Origin: Emiliania huxleyi CCMP1516
Lineage: Eukaryota
Length of the DNA stretch: 57,154 bases
Reading direction: 5' to 3'
Assembly: GCF_000372725.1 (NCBI RefSeq)
Contig: NW_005202428.1
Span: 648,679-705,832, forward strand
Shown: in pieces, positions 10,615-22,116 of the stretch
How positions within the stretch are numbered: position 1 is the first letter of the stretch
How the letters are laid out: each line of letters opens with the position of its first letter
Program-made: the position numbers and the translations under genes
Notes under the pieces: generated by a model
What the model was told of the DNA's origin: nothing
What the model saw: the letters and a program-made list of their open reading frames with translations, nothing else
The model's database searches: none

Positions 10615-13006
10615 ATGAGGCTCTTGCCGGGCGTCTCTGCCACTCACGACTTCGAGCCACTGTTTGACGTCCTCGCGCTCGCGCTGTGCCTCTCCGACGA
10701 CGCCGAGCTGCTCGACGGCGACGAGTGGGGTGCGCACCACTCGCACCGCTCGCGCCCTCGCCGCGCTTCCACCGGCTCACCCTCATCCCCTCCTCACGCC
10801 TGCACGCAGCGCGGCGGCGAGCAGAAGCGCCACACGCCTGGCTCCGCGCCGCTGCCGCACCCGCCGCCGCCGAGCCGCCGCCCGTCCGTGGAGAGGCGTC
10901 TCGCAGCAGCCGGCAGCACGAGCAGCGGCGGCGCCGCCGGGCGGAGCTGGAACGGGTGAGACGGGATGCGGCGGCCCGGCAGGCTGCGGCACGGCGCGCG
11001 AGCTCGTCCGACGAGGCGAGCGGCTCGAGCGAGGGCGCGGTCGAGAGCGACAGCGGCGACGGCGAGAGCAGTGGCGGCGGCGGCGGCGGCGTTTGGAGCG
11101 GCGCGTTGAGCAGTCGGAGGAGGCAGCGCGCGGCGGTGCTGAGCGAGGAGGAGGAGGAGGAGGAGGACGAGGACGAGGACGACGAGGCGGGGCTGGGGCG
11201 CGGCGGTGGCGACGACAGCGACGACGACTTCCTCGCTTCTGCGCCGCAGCACCGCAAGCGCCGCCGCGCGGCTGCGGCGGCGGAGGTGGAGGACGGGCGC
11301 CGGGGCGGAGAGAGGGCGCCGCAGCGAGCCGGGGACTGGTCGGGGGCGGTGCGCGGCGCAGAGGTCTGTCCCGCCGCACGCCCCGCCCCGCCGCCCGCCA
11401 CTCGGCCCTCCCTCGGCCACCACCGTCGTCCCGCACGGCCGGGCGACTCTTGCCCCTCCTCCAAATATGCCACCCGAGACACCCTTCCCAAACTCGCCGC
11501 GCGCCGCCTCCGCGCCCTCCCCTGCCCCCGCCGTCGCCACCACCGCCTCCCACGCCTCCGTCCCCACCCCCTCCACCCCCCTCCATCGCCCCCCCCCTCC
11601 CGTCGTCCCCGCCACTCCCGCCTCCGCGCGCAGCGCAGCCGGGCCACACGCTCGCTCCGAGATGGCCCGAGAGCACCCGAGATTGGGCGAGATTCGCCAG
11701 GCGGCGGTCGCGCTGACGAGGCGGCGCCTCCCTTCAGGTCGGAGCGAGCTGGAGCAGCCGCCGCCGGCTCAGCGAGAGCGGCGTGCACCGCGCGCTGCGG
11801 AACTGCGTCGCCGGCGACGAACGCGCGGGGGCCACCTCTGTCCTCCTCTCTGCCTCCTCCGCCGCCGCCGCCGCCTCCGCCTCCTCCTCCTCGGCCTCGG
11901 CCAGCGGCGTCGAGGATCGCGGGCAGCGCTTCACCTTGGCCGCGGGCGAGGGCCGCGTCCACGACAGCTGGCTGCAGGCTCCCACCCTGCGCCACACCCC
12001 TCTCACTGCCTGCGCCACACCCCTCTCACTGCCTGCGCCACACCCCTCTCAGTGCCTGCGCCACACCCCTCTCACTGCCTTCGCCACACCCCTCTCACTG
12101 CCTTCGCCACATCCCTCTCACTGCCTGCGCCACACCCCTCTCACTGCCTTCGCCACACCCCTCTCACTGCCTTCGCCACATCCCTCTCACTGCCTTCGCC
12201 ACATCCCTCTCACTGCCTGCGCCACACCCCTCTCACTGCCTTCGCCACACCCCTCGTCGGCGCACCTCTGCTGGCTCCGCACAGCACCAGGGAGCTGCCA
12301 GCTTGGAGCAGCAGGCTTCCACTCACGCCGCGCCCCTGCTCGCCCTTCAGGTGGCCCTCGAGCGCGGGTCGGCGGTGCGCGTGGTGCGCAGCCAGCGGCT
12401 CCAGTCGGCGTGGGCGCCGGCTTGCGGCTTGCGGTACGGTGGCCTAGATGACCCGTGCATTCCGACTGGCGCTCGAGAGGACACGCACCCCGCTTCCGCT
12501 GTCTCCATTGTGCCGTAGCCCTGCTCTGAAGGCCTCGGTGGCCCCCCACGGCTGCCCTTCTAACTATTGCACGCCTGTGCTGCGGCGCCGCCGCCGTCGA
12601 AACGCACCCAACGCCCCCGTGTGCAGTGCCGTGTGCAGTGCCGTGTGCAGTGTCGTGTGCAGTGTCGTGTGCAGTGCCCTCGTGCGAGTCCGCGTTGATG
12701 TCCGTCTTCCGTGCGTGGACCAACCCAGTGTGGGGTCTCGGGCTCTCTCTCTCTCTCACCCCGCCACGCTCCTCTGCCTCTCGAGGCCTCTCGAGGTGTC
12801 GCGCGCCACTCTCACTGACTCACTGACTGCCCGTGCCGCCAGGTATGATGGCCTCTACCGGGTCGTGAGGATGGAGCGGGCGGCCGACGGCTCGCTGCGA
12901 TTCGACTTCCGGAGGGACGGGGCGCAGCCGCCCCTACCGCCCCCCCGCCGCCGCCCCCCCCCCGGCTCCACGCCGAGGGCCGCCAGCGGCGGAGCGCCGA
13001 TGCGGA

Positions 13007-13068
<62 letters not shown>

Positions 13069-14392
13069 AGCGGCGGCTGCGGCGGCTGCAGCGGTGGGCG
13101 GCGGCCCCTGTCGACGCTCCAGCCGCGTGCCGCTGCCATTGCCCCGGCATGGCGGGAGGGGGCGGGCCGCGCCCCACAGGGGGAGAGGCTGAGGAGCAAG
13201 GAGGACGGGGCACCTCGGCGGGGGCCCGAAGCTATCACTCCCTCCAGCGGCCGGCGCCGCGCGGCGCGCGCGGTGCGCCGTGTCGGCCGCCGCAGCCTAA
13301 GGGCGGTCACCCCGCGGCTCGAGGCGGCGGCGAGGCCGTCGGGGGGGTTCCTTCGGCGAGGGCACCGGTGGGGCTACTGGGACGGCGACGCGCCGACGCT
13401 AAAGCGGCCGCGCCGCTCGCCGACCGACCCCACAGCGCCCGCTGCGCCCGCCACCCTGTCGGCCGCAAACCTCGGCGCGGGTGCCGGCGCGGGCGGCGCG
13501 GGTGCGGCGCCTCCGCGACCGCTGCTCGACCTGCCCGCGGCACTGCTCCGCCTCGCACCGCTCGCACCGCGCGGCCAGCCGTCCTTCCTCCTCTGCCACT
13601 TCTGCCTCTCCGCGCCCTCGGGCGGCGCCTCTAGCTCCTTCCTCGAGTGCTCCTCCTGCCGCAACGCCGTCTGCGCCTCCTGCGTGCGCAGCCGCCCTCT
13701 CCCAGACCTTTCCTAGACCTTTCCCAGACCTTTCCCAGACCTTTCCTAGACCTGTCCTAGTTCCGCGCCTCCTGCGTGCGCAGCCGCGCTGCGCCCGCCG
13801 CCTCCCGAGCCCACGAGCCTCTCTTCACGCCGTGAGCTGTGAACAGGTGCGGCACCTCTTCGCGCCCGCCGTGAGCGACGAGGCGCTTGGCGCGATGGTG
13901 TCGCAGGCGGAGGCGGCGCCGCCCGTCGCCGTCTTTCCTCCCGACGAGACGGTCCGAGAGTACCCGAGAGTACCCGAGAGTACCCGAGAGTACCCCGACT
14001 GCTGGACGGGGGGGGGGGGGTTGCTGGACGGCCTGCTGGCACGACTGGTGTAGGTCCCGAGGATGGGCGAGCCCAGCGGACAGTGGCAGCCACGCCTGCT
14101 TCGCACGCTGCTCGCGCACGGCTCGCGCCGCTGGCGCTGCCCGCCTTGCGACGGCAAGTGCCCGTGCGGGCCGGCGGCGACCGCGGTGCGCGGAGCCGAT
14201 CTGCCGGGAAGGAGATCCTCCGACCGCCATCCCTCGTGCGGTGAGCGTGGCACCGCCCCCGTAGGCTATCTGCGAGGCGCACGCGGCGAGGGGCTTCCCG
14301 CACCCGGCCCGCGGGCACGTCTGCTGGTCGGCGCAGCCGCAGCGCCGCGACGCACCCACGCGGCCGCTCGCTCACAGCGAGGCGCGTCGTGA
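10615..14392 (+). CDS. Degenerate SRA/YDG-domain protein with a zf-4CXXC_R1-like cysteine cluster, multi-exon
   Basis: Spliced WSGAVRGAE|VGASWSSRRRLSESGVHR...GATSVLLS...EDRGQRFTLAAGEG and VRVVRSQRLQSAWAPACGLR|YDGLYRV follow the UHRF1-type SRA layout. CHFC..CSSC..CASC..WRCPPCDGKCPC lies downstream. Both ends are uncertain. Confidence 0.7.
11985..12255. repeat. Intronic ~23-bp minisatellite (CACACCCCTCTCACTGCCT(G/TT)CGC)
   Basis: Tandem units are directly visible. Confidence 0.9.
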
Positions 14393-14396
14393 CGAG

Positions 14397-17300
14397 ATGC
14401 CGCCGCCGACGCACCAGACGTCGCTGCCGTTCCCGCGCGTGGAGCGCTCCTTGCCGGCGCGGCGGCGGCAGAGGCGGCGCCACCTGCACGACGGCTGAAA
14501 CAGAAGCATTGGCACCAGACGCGCGCGGCGTGTGTCTACTTTTAGGCGGCGCCACCCGTACGACAGCACGCGCGGCGCGCTGCCCGAAGGCAGCGTGCCG
14601 GGGTCAGGCCTACGCAGCTGGCTCGATGCCGCGAGGCGAAGGTGCGAGACGGAGGGCGGCGGCGGCGCTCGAGACGGCGGAGCAGCGGGCGGCGCGGACG
14701 GCGCGGGGTCGACGCCGGATCAAGTCTCGCCGATGGAGCTCGAAGGATGGAGAGTCGGCCTGCACACGCTGGGAGGGGGCGGCGGCGGCACGGCGGCGTC
14801 GGCAGAGGCGGCGGGCGCGGCGGCGGCGGCGGCAGAGGCGGAGGCGGAGGCGGCGGCGGGCTTGCGAGCCTCGAGGCTGCGGCGCAAGGGCGAGCCGAGG
14901 CGGGGGGCGGCTCTGCTGCGCTCGCTCGAGTCGGCGGCTTGCCGGCTGCCTCCAGCGCGGCTGGTGCCTGGGTGGCAGCTGCGCTCTCTCGCCCCGGAGT
15001 GGCACGCGCTGTGGTGCGGGGAGGAGGGCGGCGCCGCGCACGTCCTCGCGCGGCCGCCCGCCGCGGCGTGCCCCCCCCCCGTCGACAGACTGAGGCGCCG
15101 GTAAAGGGCCCACACCCCCCAGCGTTGTGCACGAAGGGGCGCTTCCCCCTGGGCCCGGGTGCGGTCTCAGCCTCTGCGGCGCTCTGCGGAAAAGAGCTCC
15201 TCGTTTAACCGAACGTTGAGTGGGTGTGNNNNNNNNNNNNNNNNNNNNNNNNNNNNNNNNNNNNNNNNNNNNNNNNNNNNNNNNNNNNNNNNNNNNNNNN
15301 NNNNNNNNNNNNNNNNNNNNNNNNNNNNGCGGGCAGCGCTCTTTCGAGCCGTCCCTCGCCCCGTCTTGAGCCGTCCCTCAGCCTCTGCCCAGGAGAGCCG
15401 CGAGCAGCTCCTCCTCGCGACGCCAGTGGCAGAGCTGTCTGGAGGCGGAGGGGCGGGCGGCGGAGGCGGAGGCGGAGGCGGCGGAGGCGGCGGCGCTGTT
15501 GGAGAGGGAGCGCAGCGCAGTGGGCAGCGCGGTGGTGCGGAGGGAGACGAGGCGGCGGCGAGTGCGCAGCGCGCTGCGGCGGCGGCCGATTTCTCGGAGG
15601 CGATGGCGGCGGCGGCGCGGGAGGCGGCCGCCGAGGCGAGCGACCGCTGCTTGCGGCGCGTGCACCTCGCGGTGGAGACGGCTGCGGCTCGGCTGCCGCC
15701 AGAGGGCTGCGAGGGTGTCTCTCGCGCGGTGAGAGAGGAGGCGCGGCGCTTCCCGGCCCTGCTCCCGACGCTGCTGTCGGCGAGCGCATTGCCCGCCGAC
15801 TCGCGCGCTGTCTGGAGCGGCAGCGGCGGCGATGACGCCGTCGGCGGCGGCGGCGGGGCAGGATGGCGCCACCTGCAGATCCGGTGGCTCTCGCCCGCTG
15901 CCGATTCCGTTGGCCTGTGGGCGGCGTCTCTTCACGGAGGCGGCTGTGGGCAGGTGGCTCGTCCTCGGCTGGCTGGCTCGGCTCTGCGGCTCTGCTGGCG
16001 GTGCGGCGCACGTGCGCGAGTACAGCGGCGAGGTGCCTTTACCCCCCCTTTCCCATCCCCCCTCCGCCTCTGTCTGGAGCTGTGAACGGCGTCCGATCAG
16101 CAGCCTCGCGGCGTGAGCAGGTGGTCGACGAGCTGCTCCCACTGCTGCTGCAGCTCCGGGGGGGGTGCGAGCTGCCGCCCGCTTGCACCGTCGCGCAGCC
16201 GCCGCGAGAGGAGGCGCCCCTTCGGAGCGGCTCCTGCGTCGAGCGGCCGCTGCTCGCCCTGTGGCTGCGCGTGCAGCAGGTGATGGACCGGGGGGGAGGG
16301 GGCGGAGGCGGAGGGGTGGGCGGCGGAGGCGGAGGCGGAGGCGGTGCGGCGGGCGGTGAGGCCACGTCCCCGTTCTGGGCGCTCGTCAACGAGAGGCTCT
16401 CGGCACAAGGCGGCCGGCTGCGCCTCTGGCTGGCGGACGGGGGCGGGGCGGGGAACGCCGGCTGGGCTGTCTTGCGTCTGGACAAGCTTCAGCAGCTGCG
16501 TTGGCGGCGGCTCTGTCTCTCGGCGCTGCGGGCCGCCCTGCCGCACCGGGTGTGGGGGAGGGGGGCGCGATTGACGCACGCGGCGGTGTGAGTAGGCGCT
16601 GCTGCCGCTCTATGCCTTGGACGCGCACGGCCTCGCCTGCCCAGACGGCGCCGCCGGCGCGTCGAACTGGCAGCAGGTGCGGCTGCCGCCGGCTTGAGGA
16701 CGCACTCCTCTCCCTCAACTCTCTGGTAGCCTCCCCGGCGCCTCCCTCTCCGCCGCCACCCTCTCCGCCGCCACCCCCCCCCCCCNNNNNNNNNNNNNNN
16801 NNNNNNNNNNNNNNNNNNNNNNNNNNNNNNNNNNNNNNNNNNNNNNNNNNNNNNNNNNNNNNNNNNNNNNNNNNNNNNNNNNNNNCCCCGGCCGGAAAAA
16901 CCAAGTTCCCTTTTTGGGGCTTGTTAAAAAAAAGATTTTTGGAAAAAGGGGGCCGGTTTTCCTTTTTTTTTGGGAAAGGGGGGGGGGCGGGAAAACCCGG
17001 GGGGGTTTTTTTGGTTTGGGAAAAATTTAAAAAATGGGGTGGGGGGGGGTTTTTTTTTTTGGGGTTGGGGGGCCCCCTCCCCCCCCGGGTGGGGGGGAGG
17101 GGGGCCGAATTTACCCCCGGGGGGGGGGGAAAAGGGGCTTTTCCCCCTTTATTCTTTGGAGGGGAAGGGTTTTCCCTTCCAAAAGGGGGCCCCGGGGGGT
17201 TTAAAATGGAAAAAGGGGGGGTTCCCCCCGGTTTAAGAAAAAACTCTTTTCCCTAAATTTTTGGGAAGCTTCCCGGGGGCTTCTTTTTTGGGGGCCACCT

Positions 17301-20300
17301 TTTTGGGGGCCCCCCCCCCCCCCCCCCCCCCCCCCGCCCCCCGTCGCCACCGCCGCCGTCGCCACCGCCGCCGTCGCCACCGCCGCCCTCCCCGCAGGTG
17401 CGGCTGCTGCTGCACGAGTCGTGTCTCAACCCGCGGCAGGCGCAGAAGCTCGGCTGGGGCGCGGGCGAGGACGCGGCGGCGGCGGCGAGCGAGCTGCTCC
17501 GCCTCTGCTGCGACCTCTCCACCGCGTGGGCGCCAAACTTCAACCTCGCGCTCGAGGTGTGGCGCTGGGCGCCGCCGCCGCGCGTCTCTTGCCGCACCGC
17601 CCGCGCCGACCACGCCTTCCCCCCGCTCGACGTCTGGCGGAGGCGGGCTCCCCACGGCGGCGGCGGCGAGCGGCTCGCCGCGGCGGCGCACGAGCCGGCC
17701 GACGACTGCCGGATGCTCGCGCTCCGCTTCCTGGCGACGCAGATGTTCCTGCTCGCGGTGCCGAGGGGGGGCGTCTCCAAGCTCATGTCGTGGGCCGACC
17801 GAGGCCCGCTCGCCGTCTGCTGCCCCGGCACGCACCAGCGGCGCGCCGCCGACTCGATGCGGCACCTCGGGTGCGTCGACGAGCTCTGGTCCACATGCGC
17901 CTCGCTGCTGCTCGCCGCCGAGGTGCCGCAGTCGGGCGCAGAGCAGGACACGCCCAGGACGCGTCGAGGACACGTCCAGGACACGTCCAGGACACGTGCC
18001 GTAGGTGCAGCGCGACAGCGCGGCCGCCCTCACCAAGCTGGCCAACAAGATTGCCTCGCTGCTCCCGGCGCGCGGCTCGTCGCTCTGCGCGAGGTACATC
18101 GTCGTCGAGTCGCTGCTGCAGCTCTTCCGGCGCGTGCGCGAGGGGGGCGGCGACGTCGCGCCGATCGGCGCCTCCCTCTCGACGATCCTCTCGCAGCTGG
18201 CGGACGCAGTCGGGGCGGCGGACCCAGGCGCGAGCCACGCGGGCCACGCTTGCGGCCGGCCCGACTCCGACGCCGCCTCGTCCGCGCCCGCGCGGCCCGA
18301 GATCGACGGCGCGGGAGAGCTGCTCCTCTGCCTCCTCGAGCGCAGCGCCGCGCTCGTGCGCGCCCTGCCCACCTCGCCCTCTTCCGGCACGGGCGACGCG
18401 TCGCTGCTGTGCGCGCCTCTCCTGCGGGTGGCGCGGCGCGCGCCTCCGCACTACGCCGCCGCGGCGCTGCGCGTCGTCGACGCCGCTCTCGACGCTGCCC
18501 TCTCGAGCCCGCTGGTGGACGCGTCCGGCGGCGGCGGCGGCGGCGGCGAGGAGATCGACCAATTTGCCGCGATGGACGCGCTCGACGACGCGGCGATGGA
18601 GGCGGCCGCAAAGGTGGGCGCGTTTGGCGAGGAGCTGAAGGTGGTGCTGCGCGAGGCGTGGCGCGGCGGCGACGTGCTGCACGAGCGGCTGCAGGCGAGG
18701 CCGGCGACGGACGTCGCCGCGTGGCGCAGGGCGGCGCGCGAGGCGGTGCAGTTGTGGGCGCGCATCCAGGCCTTTCTCCTCCGCGACCTCGCCTTGGAGA
18801 CGCAGGTGCGCGAGCTGGCGAAGCTGCGCGAACAGCAGGGGCTGCTCCGCCCCGACTACGCCGGCCGCTTCTTCGGCGGTCGCTCGCCCGACGAGGACGG
18901 ACGGCGGCGCGGCGGGCGGCGAGGCGCGAGCAGCCCGCCTCTTCACGCACACCGGCGGCATGGAATAGGCGCGCGACCAACGCGAGAGGAGGCTCGCGCC
19001 GGCTGAGTTTGTGAGCGGGCTGCTCGAGTCGCACCCGCCGCTCGGGCGCGTCCTCGTGCAGCACTTTTCCGACGACCTCGAGCGTCTGTGGCTGACGAGC
19101 ATGATGGAGGCCGGCCGCGAGGCGGCCCGCGCCCAGCGCCGCTTCACGCGCCTCCTGCTCTCGGCCTCCGCCGCGTACGCCGCGCCCGCCGCGCCGCTGC
19201 TCTGCACGCTGCGCGCCCTCCCCGACGCCGCCCTCTCCGGCCGCGAGCCCTTCGAGCAGATCCCCATCCTCGACGCGGCAATCGACGCGCTGGGAGGGCT
19301 GGTCGACGGCGGCGCGGCGGCGGTGACGCCGGCGGCCACTCCGGAGCTGCTGCCGCGCGCGGAGGGGGTTGTGCGAGCGGCGACTTCGCACCTGTGGAGG
19401 GTGTGTGACCAGCTGGCCAAGCTCTCTGCGGAGGGTGACGGCGCCCGCAGACGAGCCCGCGAGCCGTCGCGGTCGGAGGAGCAGGCGGCGGGCGAGTGCC
19501 GGCAGGCCGGCCACCGGCGGAGCCTTTCCCGGGCCTGTCCTGGACCTTTCCCGGACCGTTCCTGTCCCTTCCTGTAGGCGTGCCACCTCGCCTGCTACCT
19601 CGCCTCGCTGCTGCTCGAGAAGCTGCCGCGCCTCTGCCTCCACCGTGACGGGCACTCGCTCGGCTCCGCCTCTGGCGCCCCACTCCCCGCGGCTGAGTCT
19701 CCCGACGCCTCTGTCCCAGGCTCGTCTTTGAGTGGCTCCTGCGGCAGCTGCTGCGGCCGGCGACGCAGCGGCGCAGCGACGCGCCGCGCCCGCTGCGGCG
19801 AGAGGTTGCGGGCCGAATGCGCCAGCTCCTCCTCCTCGTCGCGCCGCTCGAGGCGCTCGATGGCGGGGCGCACGCGCGCCGCATCCAAAAGGCGCGCTTC
19901 GGCTAGATCTCGGCTGTATCTCGGCTGTTTCTCGGCTGTATCTCGGCTGTATCTCGCGCGCCGCATCCACACGGCCCGCGGACGAGCTCCTTCCGCGGCG
20001 GGCCCGCCCCCCGACCACCCCTGGCTCTGGACCCGTAGGCGCTCGACGACGTCTGCAAGGGGGCGCTCGAGCGGCCGCTGGTCCCGTCCGCGGCCGAGGA
20101 GGGGGAGGGCGTGACCAAGGCGGAGATGCTGGCGCTGCTGCGCGAGCCTCCGCTGACGGCGCTGGCGGGGCGGATGCTGCGGACGACGCTGCTGCCGCGG
20201 CTGCTCCTGCCGTGCCGCGGCCTGCCGCCGAGCCAGCTGGCGGGGCGCGTGAGCCTCGCGCTCGAGACGCTTGGCGCCGTCGCTCGCCCGACCCGCCTCC

Positions 20301-21853
20301 CAGCCGGCGGGGGCTTGCGCAGACACGTCTTGGAGCGTGGCGTAGGCGACGTGCTGCAGCGCCACCTCGACCTGCCCCAGCCGGCCGGCGAGCCCCTCCT
20401 CCTCGACTCCGCCGCCCAGGAGGCGCAGCTGGTCGACCTCGTCCTGCCCGCCCTCCTCGCCGCCCTCCTCGCCGCCGTCCGCGCCGCCCTGCTCCCCGGC
20501 CCCGGCGGCGCACAGCCGTCCGCCCTCCACCTCGCACTCCGCCTGTTCGACAGCCTCGCGGTGCGGCTGCTCCCGCGCCGCGTCGTCGTCCAGGAGGCGG
20601 CCGGCGCGGCGGCGGCGGGGGCGGCGGCGGGGGCGGCGGCGGCGGGCGTCGCCTCGGCTCCGCCGCTTACGCTGCTCGCGCGAGTGGCTGTTCGGAACGC
20701 GAAGTGGGCGAGCGAGGTGCTCGACTGCCTCATGGTGTCGTACCTCTGCGCCGCCGCGGAGGCGGTGTCTTCGGAGGCGCCTCGGCGGCCGGCGCTCTCC
20801 CGCCTCGCAGGCGCGTGCGCGTCTTCCTCCGGCTGATCTGGGCTGATCTGGGCTGATCTCGGCTGATCTCGGCTGATCTCGGCTGATCTCGGCTGATCTC
20901 TCCCGCCTTCGCAGGCGAGTACGCGTCCTCCCTCTCCAAGCTGCAGGGCGACGTGCAGCGGCGCTTCCCCGGCGTGCCGAAGCAAGCGCTCGACGATCTG
21001 CCGCTGCAGCCTACCCGCAGCTTGCCGATCGGTGCGGACCCGCAGCGCGTCAAGTTTGTGCAGCGGCTCGGCAGCCTCGTGCAGCTGCTGCAGCCGCCGC
21101 CCGACCGCGTCGACCGGTGAGATGTGCCGAGATGCGCCGAGATGCGCCGAGATGCGCCGAGATGCGCCGAGATGCGCCGAGATGCGTCGAGATGCGTCGA
21201 GATGCGTCGAGATGCGTCGAGATGCGCCGATATGCGCCGAGCAACAAGCTGAGCCGACCACGTGGCTCGCTCTGAGAGCACAGCGACCACGTGGCTCGCT
21301 CTGAGAGCACAGGGCACGAGCAGCCGCGCACCCCTCCCCCCCTCCTCTCCACGCTCGCGGCTGTCGTAGGCTCGGCCCGCTAGGAGGGCAGCTCCAGAAG
21401 GTGCTGCAGGCGTGCCAGGCAGCAGAGGGGGCGCCGCGCGACGGCGGTCGGCGGCCTCTGCACGCCGCTCTCCTGGCCGCGGCCAGCCAGTGGCGCGGCG
21501 CCCTCAGGCTTCCCGAGGCGGGGGCGGGGCCGGCGGGGAGGGGGGCGGCGGGGCCGGCCGGGCCGGCGGGGAGGGGGCAGGGGGCAGGGAGGGGGCAGGC
21601 GGCAGGGAGGGGGCAGGCCGGGGCAGGTGCCGCTCTACGCGCCGTGAGCACCCTCGCCGCAGCGCCCGCCCCGGCGCCGCCGCCGAGGCTGGCGCCAGCT
21701 CTCGGGCCGGCGCCCCCTCCAGCTGTGAGGTACCGTCAGCAAGTCGAGCAGCTGTGTGCCATGGGTTACCTCGATTCGGTGGCGGTGCTGCGGGCGCTGG
21801 CGGCCTCTGGCGGAGACATCAATGGGGCCCTCGACCGCCTGATGCGCGGGTAA
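14397..21853 (+). CDS. Large multi-exon MMS22L-like protein with C-terminal UBA domain
   Basis: WRHLQIR|WLVLGWL, ALWLRVQQVMD...SPFWALVNERL and LCCDLSTAWAPN resemble, in order, MMS22L blocks as recalled from memory. The C-terminal QQVEQLCAMGYLDSVAVLRALAASGGDINGALDRL is a UBA. Two gaps lie inside. Confidence 0.55.
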
Positions 21854-22116
21854 GGGCCCACACCCCACAGCGTTGTGCACGTGGGGCCGCTGCGCGCTGG
21901 GGCCGGGTGCGGTCTCAGCCTCTGCGGCGCTCTGCGGAGAGAGTCTCTCGTTTTACCGTACGTTGAGTGTGTGTGTGTGCGTGTCTGTGTCTGTGTGACA
22001 GAGTAAACTTCGTTGGTTCCTCCTTTTATTTTGTTGTTGTCTGATGTGAAATTGTGTGATCGGTGTGATCGGTGGTGACTGGTGTCGCGAAGGAGATCTG
22101 ACAGACCTGTCTGATT

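Noticed and set aside
15065..15228. Degenerate copy of the 3' end/UTR of the UBA-ending gene (21825-21970) inside the same gene
   Set aside because: It abuts an N-gap and differs by scattered substitutions and indels typical of a low-quality or mixed read. Most likely an assembly artefact.
16886..17340. Homopolymer-rich AT/G tract with ORFs
   Set aside because: Typical low-quality trace end next to a gap. The same applies to ~6030-6250 and ~35167-35400.
17783..21651. Long antisense ORFs (545-835 aa) and many other Arg/Ala/Pro-rich ORFs in the track
   Set aside because: Shadow ORFs caused by high GC and stop-codon scarcity opposite real genes.
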